Source of the DNA: Epiperipatus broadwayi
Taxonomy: Eukaryota > Animalia > Onychophora
Assembly: GCA_028023455.1 (NCBI GenBank)
Contig: JAQFVV010000002.1
Coordinates: forward strand, 29,140,001-29,204,000
Direction: 5' to 3'
Length of the DNA: 64,000 nucleotides
Notes under the pieces: model-generated
The model's input: only the letters and a program-made list of their open reading frames with translations
The model's database searches: none
What the model was told of the DNA's origin: nothing
Position numbers and translations under genes: made by a program
Shown: positions 47,091-60,999 of the stretch, piece after piece
Position numbering within the stretch: the first letter of the stretch is position 1
Layout of the letters: every line of letters begins with the position of its first letter

Positions 47091-50000
47091 AGGAAACAAT
47101 TAAAAAATCGTCTGCTGCTTCTTGCTCAGCAATAGATATGAGACAAGTCTAGTTTTTATCAGGATTATTTTTATATTGTTCTACAAAATAGACATTTTTT
47201 TCTCTTAATTAATTCGGCATTTGGATAAAAGTAAAAGAAATGAATGGAACATTAATCTGATTTATTCAGTAGATAAGTGGAAATAATTATCAATCTAAAT
47301 TTTAAAATAAGAAAAGCAATCTGATTTGTGTTTAAAAGTAACTAAAAAAAAAAGGAAATCAGAACAGTTGAGTTAAGCTTTATTCTATCTATAAAAATAT
47401 TTTATTATATGCAAACTGCATATATATAAATTTATGTAAAGTTATATATATATAGTTAAAGTATGGAATACGTTGGCTAAAGAGCTGAATTGTCATCGGG
47501 GTGAAGCATTTTTTTCTATCCACTATGGCCATATAAAAATATAAAGATATGCCTGTCTATAGTTAAATTGCCTGAGAAGTTGTGATTTACACCGGATGAA
47601 AATATATGGGATGAATAACACCAAACTACCTACTGCTACTGAAATACCTTCAGGATGCTCTATCAAATTAAATTGGAGTTCTTCAATATCTATTTAAAAA
47701 ATACATCAACCGTAAGAACTTTGTATAAAAGGAAGATTGTAAAATTATGTTTTATTTTCTGTTGTATCAATTTGTATTTTTATTTTCATTTATTATCTCA
47801 TCTTATATTTGGAAAAAGCTATTGCTAATTATATAGGGAACAATCCAATATAAGAAAATATCAAGAGAGTAGGGAAGGGGGGATAGGTTGAAAAGTCTTT
47901 TTTTTTAAAAAAAAAAAAAATTTAGATTTATTTTCTACTGAGAGATGTGGGATTGAAATATGCACAAACAATTAAGTGCTTCACTAGAATATTTAACGGT
48001 AAGAGATTTTTTTTCTTTTTGAAAGCCACTGATATGTTTGCCACATGACATGACTAATTATATATATATATATATGTTACTAATCATATTTCTTAATATA
48101 TAGTGAATAAATGACTAACCCTTTTTAAAATAGTATTCTTTATTATTTTCTATCCTATTCTGTGTTGTTTGATCATATTTTTCCACAATTAAAATTGCAT
48201 ATTTACATTCAGTTAAGCACTTACATTACATCTTATAACAAATGGTTTGCACATGCACACACTCACATTACTGTTTAATACATATGTGAGAACATTGTTA
48301 AATAGAGGTTATTTCTTTCTAGTAGATGGGACATGTATTATTTTCATCATGGATTAAAAAGTTTGCAGAAATACATACCTGTTAAGAGAGTCGAATGCGA
48401 ATTCTTCCTGAGTTCGAATATCTGAAGCAACGGTTTTGGAAAAGAGTGGTAAGATGTGAGATGAACTGATTTGGATTGCATGTAGATTTAATGGATGATG
48501 CTTAGGCTAGTCTATTGAGGATGGATGTAATCATGAGTCAGGTATTTCATCGTTTTATCTCTAGCATTCTACATGAAGACCCTAGGTCTGACAGTAGTTA
48601 GATGCGAGCTTGCTCTCTTTCTCTTATATACGTGGATGGACAGAACTGTTGCATTTGGCACTATCAGCTTTGGGATATGGTAGATAGGTGCACCAGCACT
48701 TTTAGATTGGACATAAGTTGGTTATATGTTACGGATGAACCAGCTGATTATTAAAGTTGATCTGTGTGTTCAAATGTATTTGCAGACCGGAACATCCGGA
48801 TATATCCGACCATACCATTATGATATAATTATATACAATGAAACTGTGAACTATATTGTATCAGTATACATGACTTCAATTTTAAACTATCTTTAAAAAT
48901 ATAAACAAATACAAAAAAAAAACATTAAAATGCATCAATTTAAGAAATTTTACGGTATGTGAACAGCCATTTTTTTCATCTCTGAGAGCCACACATGAAA
49001 AAAATATATAAGCAAATTTTAAATTATGTCAATGTTTTTCTATCTAAAAGTGTCATAAACAACCATGATTATGCATAAAATTTCTTCAGTTTATGCTGGA
49101 AATACATATATTTTATTCTTCCTTTAATACTCTTTCCAAATTTGATGTTACAATATTTTGCATAATAAAATGTTTTTTTTACGGATAGTGATAAAAGTTT
49201 TACAAAATTTAAAAATGTACTTAAAATTGCTAGCGATTTAAACCATCAAAACAATTAGAGATGTAGTTTTTAACAACAAGACTACTATTATGCTTCCATA
49301 AGCGAAAACAATTAATTGAAAAAAAAAAAAAATTGCTTGGAGCATATTAATTGCGATGAAAGTTAGACATTTCACTATTTATTTTATGTAATAAATAAAA
49401 ATACAGTACACTATTTTTTCCTTACTCTTATTTTTGCAGTGAATGAATAAGTGAACACACCCCCATAAAATACATGTAAACATATCTTCTCAATTCATTA
49501 TTAAAACTATACATTTTGTTTCTACTATAATCTTAATTTATATGCGCATGCTATACATATAACAAAGCATGTTATATATATGTGCATGGTGAAAAGTACC
49601 GTACACTCGCGGCTCAATAAATATTCTATTTTAATCAAAGTTTAGCAACAAAATGTCAGCTGTTGCACATGATGTATACAAGGGGACCTGGAACAAAATA
49701 TAGTAGACATCATAACTCCTTGTATATACAAGTGATTCAAATCTGAACTGATTATTGCTTTAACTATATAAAGTTTTACAAACTTCCATTTTATTAAACA
49801 GTAAATGAGACCGCCAGAAATAAAAATGAGAAAGACAGTTATTTTTAAAGATGTTCAAACATCTTAATAAATTTATTCATCATGAATATTCGACTTACAT
49901 TTTAATTTGGTGGATTCTGAATTTTACCAAATGAAGAAATATAAAGGTTGACAATTCTGTTCTTTTTACCTTAATTGTGATGTAAATATGAGCTCAGCCA

Positions 50001-50664
50001 GCATATTTTTGTCAACTGCACATGACTCTAAGGCTGTAGTTGTTCATTCCCTCTCTATCATCATAATTTTAATTCTGATAAAAAATAATAATTCTTTTCA
50101 CATGAGCTATGCTTTAATACTCAATTAACGATGTTAACTACTAGTAAACTCTTGATCCAAATCACAAAATAAGGAGTTTGAAAAGAAAAGAATGGCCATC
50201 GTATCTTTTGCACCTACATGCAATTATATAGGCCAATCCTTAAGTACCTTTAACTGGAAATAATGATTACCTCCATATCAGACTTACAATTTGACACTGT
50301 GCTAGCTAGTATATAAAAACTGGTCTGAGGATTGGAGGATAATTTCTAGAGATTTTTAAATGCTTTTTTTTTGTGGCATTTATCACTAAAGCTTGATAGA
50401 GTAATTAGCACTGCTCGCTATTTTTATTTAGAAGCTTAAAAAATATATGGCTTTATTTTATTTACTATATAAACTACCATTTCCGTAATTATATGCATTA
50501 AGGACAATTAGTATTTTTTTCACATAATTTTATTTTTTAATAAAAGTATCATTTAAAATATATTTGCTTTGATTACCCTAATTTTTGGGGGAATTTAAAA
50601 ATTAAACTCAAAAAGAAAGATGATGGTCTCCTTACAAAATTCCTAAAACAGTGGTCACCTATTT

Positions 50665-50835
50665 GATTTAGCACAGTCGGTAGAGGATCCGACATGGGAT
50701 CGGGATATCCCAGGATCAATTCTGGTGATTACAGAACTCTTGAAAAATAAAGCTTATATCTTTTTTTGCCCTGTGCAGTTGGTAGAACATCTAATTTGTG
50801 AATGGGAGGTCCTAGGATTGATTTTGGCACTCGGG
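50665..50835 (+). repeat. Two degenerate tRNA-like (SINE head-like) segments in tandem
   Basis: TAGCACAGTCGGTAGAG...GGATCAATTCT and TGTGCAGTTGGTAGAAC...GGATTGATTTT: A-box-like and decayed B-box-like spacing. Confidence 0.35.
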
Positions 50836-50879
50836 CTGCTTATGAACTCCCGAGTAATAGTCTTTTTTTAAAAAATAAG

Positions 50880-51302
50880 TTATTGAAGAGTAGCAAAGCA
50901 TATGTAAATACTTTAAACAGGATTTAACCTGTCTTCAATGCGCTTTAAAATTTGTAATAATCAAGCATAATTTGCCGATAGAGGGACCTTCCAAACTATA
51001 ACAAGATAGCGACTTTTATAAAGATAAGAGCGGCCATCTTATCTTTAACCTAAATGTCCACTTATATAGACGAATCTGAAGCATTCTGATTTGGAAGCGT
51101 GAAGTTGTTGTTTTCTCCACTGTTTAAAAGTTCACTATTTAACATACGCGAAATCTTGCGATTTACAGCGAATCAATATTACGATCTTAATGTTGGAAAT
51201 TCTATAAACTATTGAAGAGTAGTAATTAATTTATTGAACACACAGAAAGCATATGTAAATACTTTAAACGGGCTTTAATCTGTGTTCAATTCGCTTTAAA
51301 AT
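50880..51302. repeat. ~70-bp direct repeat pair
   Basis: tattgaagagtag...aaagcatatgtaaatactttaaac.g..tttaa.ctgt.ttcaat.cgctttaaaat at ~50880-50950 and ~51210-51302. Confidence 0.7.
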
Positions 51303-51464
51303 CATCATCATTATCAACCATTATCAATCCACTGCAGGATGAAGGTCTCTTCAAGTTTAATCCATCTTCTTCGATCTTTAGCTTCTCTTCTCCACATCAC
51401 CCCTGCACACTTTCTTATTTCATCCTTCCATCTCACATGTGGTCTCTTTCTGGGTCTTTTACAA
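51303..51464 (-). mobile_element. 5'-truncated RTE 3' end with 12-bp TSD
   Basis: TSD TCGCTTTAAAAT at 51291-51302 and 51465-51476; minus strand ...ccttcatcctgcagtggattgataatggttgataatgatgatg. Confidence 0.88.
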
Positions 51465-52570
51465 TCGCTTTAAAATAAGTTATGTAAAATTTTCAATATG
51501 TTATTGCCACAGAACGGTATTTGTTGCTCTTTTTATATCATCCATCTGAATATGTTTTCCTAAATGTAGAGGTTATGCAGGTCACTGAGCATAATCGGGA
51601 CATGATGTAATAATGTGATTATTAATTTCTGGTACTGAGAAATAACTACTTGTGAAAGTTTTACAAAACAAAGTATTTTTTCCAGAGATATTAGAAACTT
51701 TTGAGAAAATGGAATTAGAATAAAACTTGAACCAACAAATGAAATATACGTATATATTTTTTTCATTTAGCTTTAAATACTTTCTTCAATAAATATTTAG
51801 TTTCAATATGTTTGAAGTGTAAAGTCAACAATTGGTACTTAGTTTATTAATCCCAATTTAGTAAGGTATTTATTAAATACAGTCATAATTGACAATTCCT
51901 GAAATAAAAAGATTATTATCAATTACTGTCAAATAAATAAACTAAAGATAAAAAATAGCTTATATTTATTATAAGCAATTACAACTTTTTAAATAGTTAT
52001 TCAATCATTATGACTTTTGAATATGAATTACTACTTCTATTACGATTCTAAATAATTAACACAATATGAAAAAAAAATGTATAAAATACGTATATAAATC
52101 AAGCAAAAAATCATATATCTTTAAAATACTAGCTAAAAAACAACAAAATTTTACTAAAATTCTTCCACAATCATGGTTTCATCTATTAACAGTAGACCTT
52201 ATTCAAGTGAAATTCTTCAAGATACATATAACATACCAATATAAAACAAAATCGCCTTCCCATCATTCACTTCAAAAACCAACTTGAAAAGATCTATTTA
52301 CTAATAGATGAAACCATGGTTGTGAAAGAATTTTAATAAAATTTTGTTTTTTGTGGGTACTATTGGAATGTTGTATAATTTTATATTTTATTTATAATTA
52401 CTAGTAAATCAAAATATATATATAGCCTTACTGTTGGACTTGGCGTTGAACGACTCCGAACATCTGATGCTTGTGATGTGTATGCGTCATATTCCTGAAA
52501 TATATTTTAGTTAAACATGTATTACATTGTACAGGCTTACCCCTGCATTTATATATGTAATATATGCGGG

Positions 52571-52703
52571 ATTCGAACTCAGACTTCCACACGACCTACA
52601 ACTCTCAGGGCCATCTTATATTGCAACATGTGTTTGATCAGGTGGGTCAGCAATATAAGATGACACTGAGAGTTGTAGATCGTGTGAAAGTCTGAGTTTA
52701 AAT
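52571..52703. repeat. ~130-bp hairpin with ~50-bp arms
   Basis: aactcagacttccacacgacctacaactctcagggccatcttatattgc / gcaatataagatgacactgagagttgtagatcgtgtgaaagtctgagtt. Confidence 0.85.
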
Positions 52704-53499
52704 ATGTATTCTAAATATTTTTAAATTTATATTAGTTTATATAGAAAAGTGTTCAGAAATTACCCAAAATATTCAAAATACATTAAATGCTTCAAAAACA
52801 AATAATAATCAACTTCAGAATGCAAGGTGAGAAGAGGGGGGGGGGGCTTTCATTCATTAGCAACAAACAAATTTTACTGCTTTCTTGTACAAATGAATGA
52901 ACAATAATTCTATATAATGTTTAAAAAGAAAAAATATCATTCTTTCATTCAGTACCAGAGGAATAAATTTGATCAACGTCAAAATTATCAATTGTAGGAC
53001 ATCCTTACTTTAAATACTGATAAAAAAATGTGATATTTCAAATAATGTAAACTTTATTAAAATATTTCCAATACAGAAAGACTTTACAAATCATTATAAG
53101 AAGACAAGATATTTAAAACTATAATTTTAATGAAAGAAAAATTATTTATAACCAAAATTAGTAATTTTGACAACCCCATAATATTAAATATCTCAATATA
53201 AGTTTTTAATATTTATCAATTTCATGTGCAAGTGATTTAAATAAAAAAATTTAAAAAAAACTATACTTCTAAAATAATTTCATTCATTATTTATGACTTG
53301 TCTTTATTCTTAGACAAAGCAGGCCTTTAATATATATATATTTGAAATGCCCCATAGCAATAATTATGTCTGGAATAACATAGCTGAGGCATTTCAAATA
53401 TTTTATACAGATTGCAGTTTGTATGCATTGTTTCTATCTCATATATATATATATATAGGATAATAGAGATTGTAGAAACAGAGTTCAGTCCTATTACAA

Positions 53500-54290
53500 T
53501 TGGCTCTTATTTTTCATAACTTGGCAAAGCTGAATTTGAGTCCTTCGATGCCTCTGATTCAATTGGACATTTTAATTTTGAGGTCAGACTTAGGTCACTT
53601 ATTTTGGTCAGATTGTTAAGTTTTTCTTAAAGCAAACTACTTCTATGCACATAATATATGATTACAGCATTTGAAACTATTTCCATATATACATAGAGAA
53701 AAATTGTCCAATCATGGATGAGCTTAAAGAAAATTTTATATCGCTTTCATACTATATATTTTAGAATATTACAGAAGCATTAATCTACATGTAATATGAA
53801 GATGAATAACACTTTGAATTATCTTTGGAATCATGGACACTGTTAATTACAATAGAGTAATGTTGTTTTTGTCCTGTTTATGATACATTTGTAAGATGAT
53901 CCAATTTTGTGACCTTGATTGGTTTTGTTTACCTTTGAGCAGGTTTTCTTTAGTAGTAAAGTTTGATCACATGTTGACTTACTAAGCTAATAGCTCGACC
54001 CATAAACCTTGACTTTTCAAGTAATAGGAGTAGTCCCTTAGGGTATCTCCTAGAAATTCTTTGAATTTACAGGAAAATGGTAACTTTTTAAGTTTGGTGT
54101 ATAATCTAATCATTTTCCATTATTCCTCTAACTGTGTAAGTTCAAGTGGCATTTTTAAAAGTATTTTCAGAGATTTAACTCAAAATGAGGCAGAAGTAGA
54201 TTGCTAAGTAGGTCAAATGTTAGCCCTATTAGATGTGTTGGGGCAACCTAGAATTGCAAAACCTCATAAACCAAAGATTTACATTCAATA
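53500..54290 (-). pseudogene. Possible highly decayed LTR-retrotransposon (Gypsy-like) pol fragment
   Basis: Weak LYE..F.VAP and CKFKEFLG readings only. Confidence 0.25.
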
Positions 54291-54565
54291 ATAAAATATA
54301 ACAACATGCAAATCATTTTTACCAACTTTTACCATAATAAGTCTTTATATCTGTGTACTAATGTCATATTCTATAAATCCTTCACTAATGCAAGATTACT
54401 CTTCTCCTGTGGATGATTTTTTTAACAATCAATTTTTTTTTTCATTCTGTTTGATTTAGATCTAATCTTGAATGAAAACTATATTTATATTAAGAATGGG
54501 ATATTTAAATCCATCTTTCTTTAATCACTTTAACAATTCTCAATTTTATTTTTTTATTCAATCAA

Positions 54566-54604
54566 TCTAACAATTTCGACCGAGAAGTAGTTTTCTTCAG
54601 AGCT
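54566..54604 (-). ncRNA. Degenerate hammerhead motif at the end of the left PLE arm
   Basis: CUGAAGA-A-AACU acuucuc GGUC-GAAA-UUGUU; first stem II pair is mismatched; the downstream gattgaataaaaaaata is shared with 57940-57960 on the plus strand. Confidence 0.5.
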
Positions 54605-55859
54605 AAAAATATATACATATGTAGATGAATGGTATAAAAAATTGTCTGTTGGAATAATGTAAAAAATACAAATATAACTGATTTGCAGATGCATTCCTAT
54701 GATTCTCTTACAAAAAATGATTACATTAAGTGTATAAATAGCCCACCCTGAGGGAGTTCATATATCTCGCTTCCCAGTAAACAATTTTCAAGCTTTTCTT
54801 AATTTGTGCTTCCAAGTGCTTATATCTAAAATAAGTTAGGTATTTTAATAAAATAAGTTATGAGATTAATTCACAGAAAGAGAAAATGAATAAATAATAC
54901 ATAGCCACAATAAAATTAATTGAATTGTTATAATATAAAAATGTTTAATTAAAACATATTGTGTACAGTAATTATTATCAGAAGGAAAAAATAAATATCA
55001 GATAATGGAGTAAATTTAATTAGTATGAGTTAAAATACTAATTAAACTTATAGAGGCAAGATTAAACTGATAATAGACTCACCACCTGGATTTTTCCCAA
55101 TGAGCTTAATTACTCTAGAAAACAATAGGACTGAAAGTATAAAAACTGGGGGGAGAGAAGAGAGAACACATGCTCTTTTTCACCTCCTTCAAAGCAATTG
55201 TGACACAAGCATGAAGCAGTGAAAGAAACCAACAGGGGATATCTTATTTCCAGGATCTCGGCTCTTGAAGATCAATAAACTGACTAGGTTATAACAGATT
55301 ACCTCGATCTTATTATTTTAAACACCTTAAGAGTCGACAGTGATTGCTATTATTAGAGAATAGACTTAATAAGTGCAAGATCTTATTCCTAATTAGTTGC
55401 AGTCAGGTTATATCAAATTAGAGTAGTGTAATGTGTGTATATTAAATTGTATAAAAATGAAGTCTGAGTCACTGTGTTCTTTGAATCTTCAAAAAATTAG
55501 ATTCCGTACTATATTGTTAATCTTGTTCCAGGATTAGTGAGCTAAAACATAGCAATAACTAATTCAAGTTAATTCCTTTTATATCCTATTATATTTATAA
55601 TAAATAAAGATTCTCAAAATCTAAACTACATTTGTATCATAAAGTTAAAGACAGAAAGTTATATTATATAATTTATTTTTTTACTCACTTATAAATTAAG
55701 ATTATCATAACCACAATAATATATCTAACTTAATGAATTTATTATTATTATGTTTATGTTATTACCATTCCACCTTATTAACTGCCAATGTTTGAATTTT
55801 AAATTGCTGATTTCATATATGTACAGTAGCTCTCTTTTTAATTTTTTTCTATGACTTAT

Positions 55860-56740
55860 TTTCATCATATTTATATTAGGACAGTTTTTAAACCCAAACC
55901 TTTATTTAATGTAGTCTTATTACTATTTATAATGATAACTTCTTTGATTTTTCTTTCCCTTTTGTTATTAATATGTGAAATCATTTTAATGTTATCTCTC
56001 ACAAATACATGTCCTCACAGGATCACCATTTCTTATGCTTGCTCATAACTGTTATTAAAACAGGCAAAACTCTCCATACAGCAGTGCCACTCAGTGCAAG
56101 CCAGAGTAATCAATGGATGCCAGAAGGCTTGTGCATAAAATCCCTATCTAGTGCCTACTCATCCAATATCCCCAGACTAGTTTCTAGACACCAAAATGTA
56201 TGGGTACTGAACTGAGTTCAGACCTATATGACCATATAAGTTAATGAGCTTGGATTGAAAATATTATTGTGTTTTTATTTTCACAGTTTTGTAGTTAAGT
56301 AGAAATAAAAGGTGGCTGCTGAAGGGTTGCATTAGATCCTAAGATCTAAATACGGTGCTCTCAAATCCAAAGCTCCTCAATGACGAAAGAGCTAGGCACT
56401 AGATAGGGATTTTATGCACAAGCCTTCTGGCATCCATTGATTACTCTGGCTTGCACTGAATGACACAACTGTATGGAGAGTTTTGCCTGTTTAAATACAT
56501 GTCCTGTTTCCATTGAATGTAAGTAAATAAGATTTTTTATCATATTTATATTATGTCAATCATGTGGAAATTGATTTTTTTTGTTTCTTCAACATAATTA
56601 GTTTTAATATTCTTAATTTGATATTCTTTTGCATTTAATTTCATATGCTCTGTTTATACAATTCCATGGATTTTCATTATATTTTTTAACAATTCGTTAT
56701 CTAATGTGTTGACTATGTTTCTCCTTTTTTATTATTTATT
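55860..56740 (-). pseudogene. Decayed PLE GIY-YIG region (left arm of an inverted pair), interrupted by the HHR mini-element
   Basis: CINRAYEIKCK...NYVEETKKSIST*LT*YKYD...GHVFVRDNIKMISHINNKRERKIKEVIIIN; reverse complement aligns with 57050-57380. Confidence 0.7.
56016..56492 (-). mobile_element. Palindromic HHR mini-element with 13-bp TSD and rearranged centre
   Basis: TSD AAATACATGTCCT at 56003-56015 and 56493-56505; tail on the left; an unrelated ~150-bp segment at ~56187-56330 truncates the HHR. Confidence 0.88.
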
Positions 56741-56790
56741 ATTCCAAAGTTAATTTTTCTATTGATTATTTATATTTTTAAATACATAAT

Positions 56791-56802
56791 CACCATCATC
56801 AT

Positions 56803-56834
<32 letters not shown>

Positions 56835-56863
56835 ATAATAATAACAACAACAACAACAACAAC
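56791..56863. repeat. Compound microsatellite (CAT)n(CAC)n(CAT)n(AAT)n(AAC)n
   Basis: Read directly; lies at the axis of the inverted PLE pair. Confidence 0.95.
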
Positions 56864-56949
56864 ATATTAACATTAATTTTTTTATTTTATAGATATTATA
56901 TAAGTATTAAAACGTAATAAAAATGTAGTCAAAAAAGTTATAAATAAAA

Positions 56950-57960
56950 TCAATAAAAAATTTAACAATATAATAAACTTTAAAATAATAAATAAAAAAG
57001 GCCAAATATAATTAACATATTACCTGAAACTAAATTTATATTCTTAATAAAAATTAAATATTTTGCAAATATAATTATAAACATTTAGACAAACTATGAT
57101 ATGCCAAATTAATAAGATTAAAACTAATTATGTTGGAGCAATAAAAATTCAATATTTATAAGATTAATATGACATAAATATGATTTAAAAAATCACCTAC
57201 TGACTTCTATCCAATGGAAATAGGGCATATATTTAAAAAGGATATCACTAAAATGTTTCAATACAATAATAATGAAAAAGAAAGGAAAATCAAAGAAGCG
57301 ATACTTATAAATAGTATTAAACGTACATTAAATAAAAAATTGAATTTAAAATCTGTCCTAATATAAATATAATTAAAATAATTTCAAACAATAAAATAAA
57401 AATAAGTTATAGAAAAAATATAAAAAGAAAGCTATTATACAATATAATGGAAAGTGTTTAAAAATTGGCAGTTAATAAGGTGGAAAAATAAAAGATGGTA
57501 AGGTGCGAAAATTAGTTAAATAATAATTCAAAAAAATATTTTATAAGAAACATTTCACAATAATTTATACAATTAGTTAATAAAAAATTTAAAAATGATA
57601 AAATATTAAAGTTAAAGATTATAGAACTAAAAGATTCTAAGTTTATTAAATTAGGTGTATTGTTGTGATTATAATAATATTAATATTAATTAATAAGTGA
57701 GAAAAAAAAAAAAATTATATAAAACGATAAAGACTTACTGTTTTTAACTTTATTCTGGTACAATACAGTATAGAATTTGAGGGTATATATTTAGTATAAA
57801 TATAATAGAATATAAAAGGGATTTAATTATAATTGTCTATAATGTTAGTATTGGTTGGATAAACTATTTTTTTATGTATTTGTGCACTTTTATATACATT
57901 TTAAGTCTAAAACCAAGCGCTAATCAGTTGAAACTGTTAAACTGATTGAATAAAAAAATA
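56950..57960 (+). pseudogene. Decayed PLE 3' region (GIY-YIG C-terminus plus pLTR), right arm of an inverted pair
   Basis: GHIFKKDITKMFQYNNNEKERKIKEAILINSIKRTLNK; 57460-57830 is the diverged reverse complement of 55560-55790; ends in a decayed gaaactgtt HHR remnant. Confidence 0.65.
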
Positions 57961-58629
57961 ATATTTATTTATTGGTTGCATAAATTTATCAATGCCTAAA
58001 GGAGATATAAGGTAAAAGGAAGAATATATAATAATACAATTAAAATTTGATGACTATACAAAAATAAAAATAGTATAATGAATATGATTTTAATGTTTGT
58101 GCTTAAATAAAAAATACATGGTGATCTAGAAGATGAAATATGTAATATGATTATTATACAAAAAAAAAGTTTTCACCGATAAAATATAAAGCATGGCAAA
58201 ATTCATCAGATTAAATAAAAATTTAGAAATGTTGAGGACTACTTAAAAGTAAATTTGAGATGTGCTTAGCTAACATTTATAAAATTTATGAACAAAAGAA
58301 TTTGCAGAAGTTATATGAAATTTTCAGATATTTAATTAGAATAACTTGTTTTCCATCATTTACACTGAAATGCGCATGTTTTAGATAAATGGCAAACAAT
58401 AATGATGTGTTAGAACTTGTCAATTAAAAGATAATGGTAAATTATAAACTTAATGTGATAAGAATATGATAATTCGCTCATCAATGATGAAAGCTGTGCC
58501 CAATTAGCATTTTGCCATTAACCGATCGACATTAATCTGGAATATTTACCATCTAACAAAGAATAACTAGATATCCACTGAAAACCAGTATCATATGGCC
58601 AGACTTTTATTTACAATATGCCGAATAAT

Positions 58630-58752
58630 ACTATTAAGACACATCTCATTCTTCAACTATTATCGATCCACTGCAGGATGAAGGTCTCTCCAAGTTCAAA
58701 CCATCTCTGATCTCTAGCCTCTTTCTCCACATCACCCCAACACACTTCCTTA
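58630..58752 (-). mobile_element. Short RTE 3' end fragment
   Basis: gatccactgcaggatgaaggtctctccaagttc...ctccacatcacccc matches 51320-51400. Confidence 0.75.
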
Positions 58753-60734
58753 AATAAATTGTACTAAATAAACAAACAAAGAATACTAAATCAATAGAAT
58801 AATGATTCTTTTAAAGATATACCTTCTAAATACGACAATGATAGAAAAGTAACATTGTTGGTGATGATGATGACCATAAAAATTTGTAATTATTATGATG
58901 TTAATATGAAATGATAATGAGACTAGCGATAGTAATAATAATAGTTTTAAATTAATCAATTTCATTTTTTATGTCCTTGATTCTCAATAACTACATAGCT
59001 TAAAGATCATTAAATGCTTCATAAAATAATAATAAGAGTGAATAAAACTCATCTGCTTACCACATGTGCAATTGGAGCAAAATCTTTAAACCATCCAAAA
59101 ATAAGATGAAATAAATAAATTAAAGCCATAAGAACGATAACTGCTATTAAAAAATATGTCACCGGTGAATCATAGCCTGAAAATAAAACAAGCATTAATA
59201 CAAATATAAATATTTATTTAAAGCATATACATATTCAGAAGGTCTTATAAGTCTAATACCATAAGAAGGCAAAAATAAGAACAAACGTCTCTAAAAAACT
59301 GTTAAAAATGGCATAATTATTCTCAATAACAAGTTTAAATATTTATCCATTACAAAACACCCAATTGTAGATGTTAAAACGTATGGCATTATATGTATTA
59401 ATAATGCAAGAAACAAATAACTGATGTTCCTGCTTGGGCAAACTGAAATTATGCAGTGACTTCTTCCATCTATGAATACATTTAGATTAATTTATTTGGA
59501 GCATGAATTTTCTTTAGATGGCAAACACTTAAAAAACATTAATTAACAAAGAATCTGTAGATATTCTAAACAAAGCAAAGCAAAACTCCATATTCTAACT
59601 AGGAGATAGATCCATTAGTGGTTTATTCATAAGGTCCTTCAATTCTGCAACTGTAGTCCCAATTTGATAGCCGTGAATCAAATGTATCATGATCTGTGTT
59701 TGAATAAATCACAATCTACTAAATTCCATTGATGAAACAAATAACTTCAACAACCATAAGCAGCCTTGAATCTGTTGATGAGACTAATGTCAAGAAAAAT
59801 CACAACCAACAGGCTTTACAGTCGAATAAATCTTATTTTTTATGCCATAATTTTTTGAATAATTGAAGAGATTTTTGAATGAGCGTTCATAAAAGTATCT
59901 TCATTTGGGCTGTGCCTTACAATGATAAACTATATCTTGAGATAATAATAAGTCTAACCTATTTGATAATTTTTATACACATTATATCAACTTTTGTCTG
60001 ATATCTGGAGGTATACACAAAATCGGAAGGCATTTCAAAAAAGTAAATCGTCAGAACCATTTCTCATGATAATATTTAAATACATATACAAAGTATAGTT
60101 TGTACACTTGTTTCCAGAAAAAATATACTACCATTAATAAATCTGTCCACAAAATGTTTGCATCACAATCGCAAATAAAGCTGGACAATTTTCCACAAAA
60201 ATTATTCCTAAAAATTAACTTAGATTTGATAAACAAAGGAAATAGGTTAGGCTATAGTCAAGTTTTTCTAAATAGCTTTGAAATAAGATTGTCTTTTAAT
60301 TTACCATTGCAGAGCATTATATTCAGATTATGAAATGTTTCACTTTTATTAGAAGAAAAGTTGAGCACAGCATCTTTGTAGGATTATAAATAAAACCCTA
60401 TTCTTTGAAAAAAAGATTTCCATAACACTTTATATATTTATTTAAAAAACACTTCTATTTCCGAAAAGAATCTCATTTGTGAAATCAAAAGAATGCCATC
60501 AGCATTTTGAATTCATTTTTCTATCTTAGGTATATTAAGATCTGTAAAAATACAAAATTATTAATAAAATTCACAGGTGATATTCGTAATCTTCCAAAAC
60601 ATTCCAATAAATTTAAATTAGAACTGGCAAATCGTTTTCAAATATAACTCAACAAATATTCATACATATTGCTTATAATAACTCCCCTCATATACACTTT
60701 AATACAAAATTTTTTTTAATGATTCCTTTATTTT

Positions 60735-60773
60735 CCTGACAGTTTCGACTATCCTGCAGTCTTCATCAGAACT
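60735..60773 (-). ncRNA. Minimal type I hammerhead ribozyme (PLE-associated)
   Basis: GUU-CUGAUGA-A-GACUG cagga UAGUC-GAAA-CUGUC|AGG. Confidence 0.8.
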
Positions 60774-60809
60774 ACAATATTGAATGATATAAACATATAA
60801 CCATTACTT

Positions 60810-60955
60810 CAATACATATATATATATATACATACATATGTATATCAAAAATATATACATACATATCCTTAAAAACTTACATACATATATACATACACAT
60901 ATATAATCCATATATATACACATATATATGCATCCACACACATATATACAATCTA
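60810..60955. repeat. (TA)/(CATA)n low-complexity tract
   Basis: Read directly. Confidence 0.85.
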
Positions 60956-60999
60956 TATAAATAAAGGAATCATTAAAAAAAAATTTCCATTAAAGTGTA

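Noticed and set aside
46000-48820. GC-richer patches at 46000-46280 and 48400-48820 as LTRs or exons
   Set aside because: No paired LTR, PBS/PPT, splice signals or recognisable translation.
58960-60720. Possible decayed transposase or RT on the minus strand
   Set aside because: Coding-like texture but no motif I can name; left uncalled pending BLASTX.
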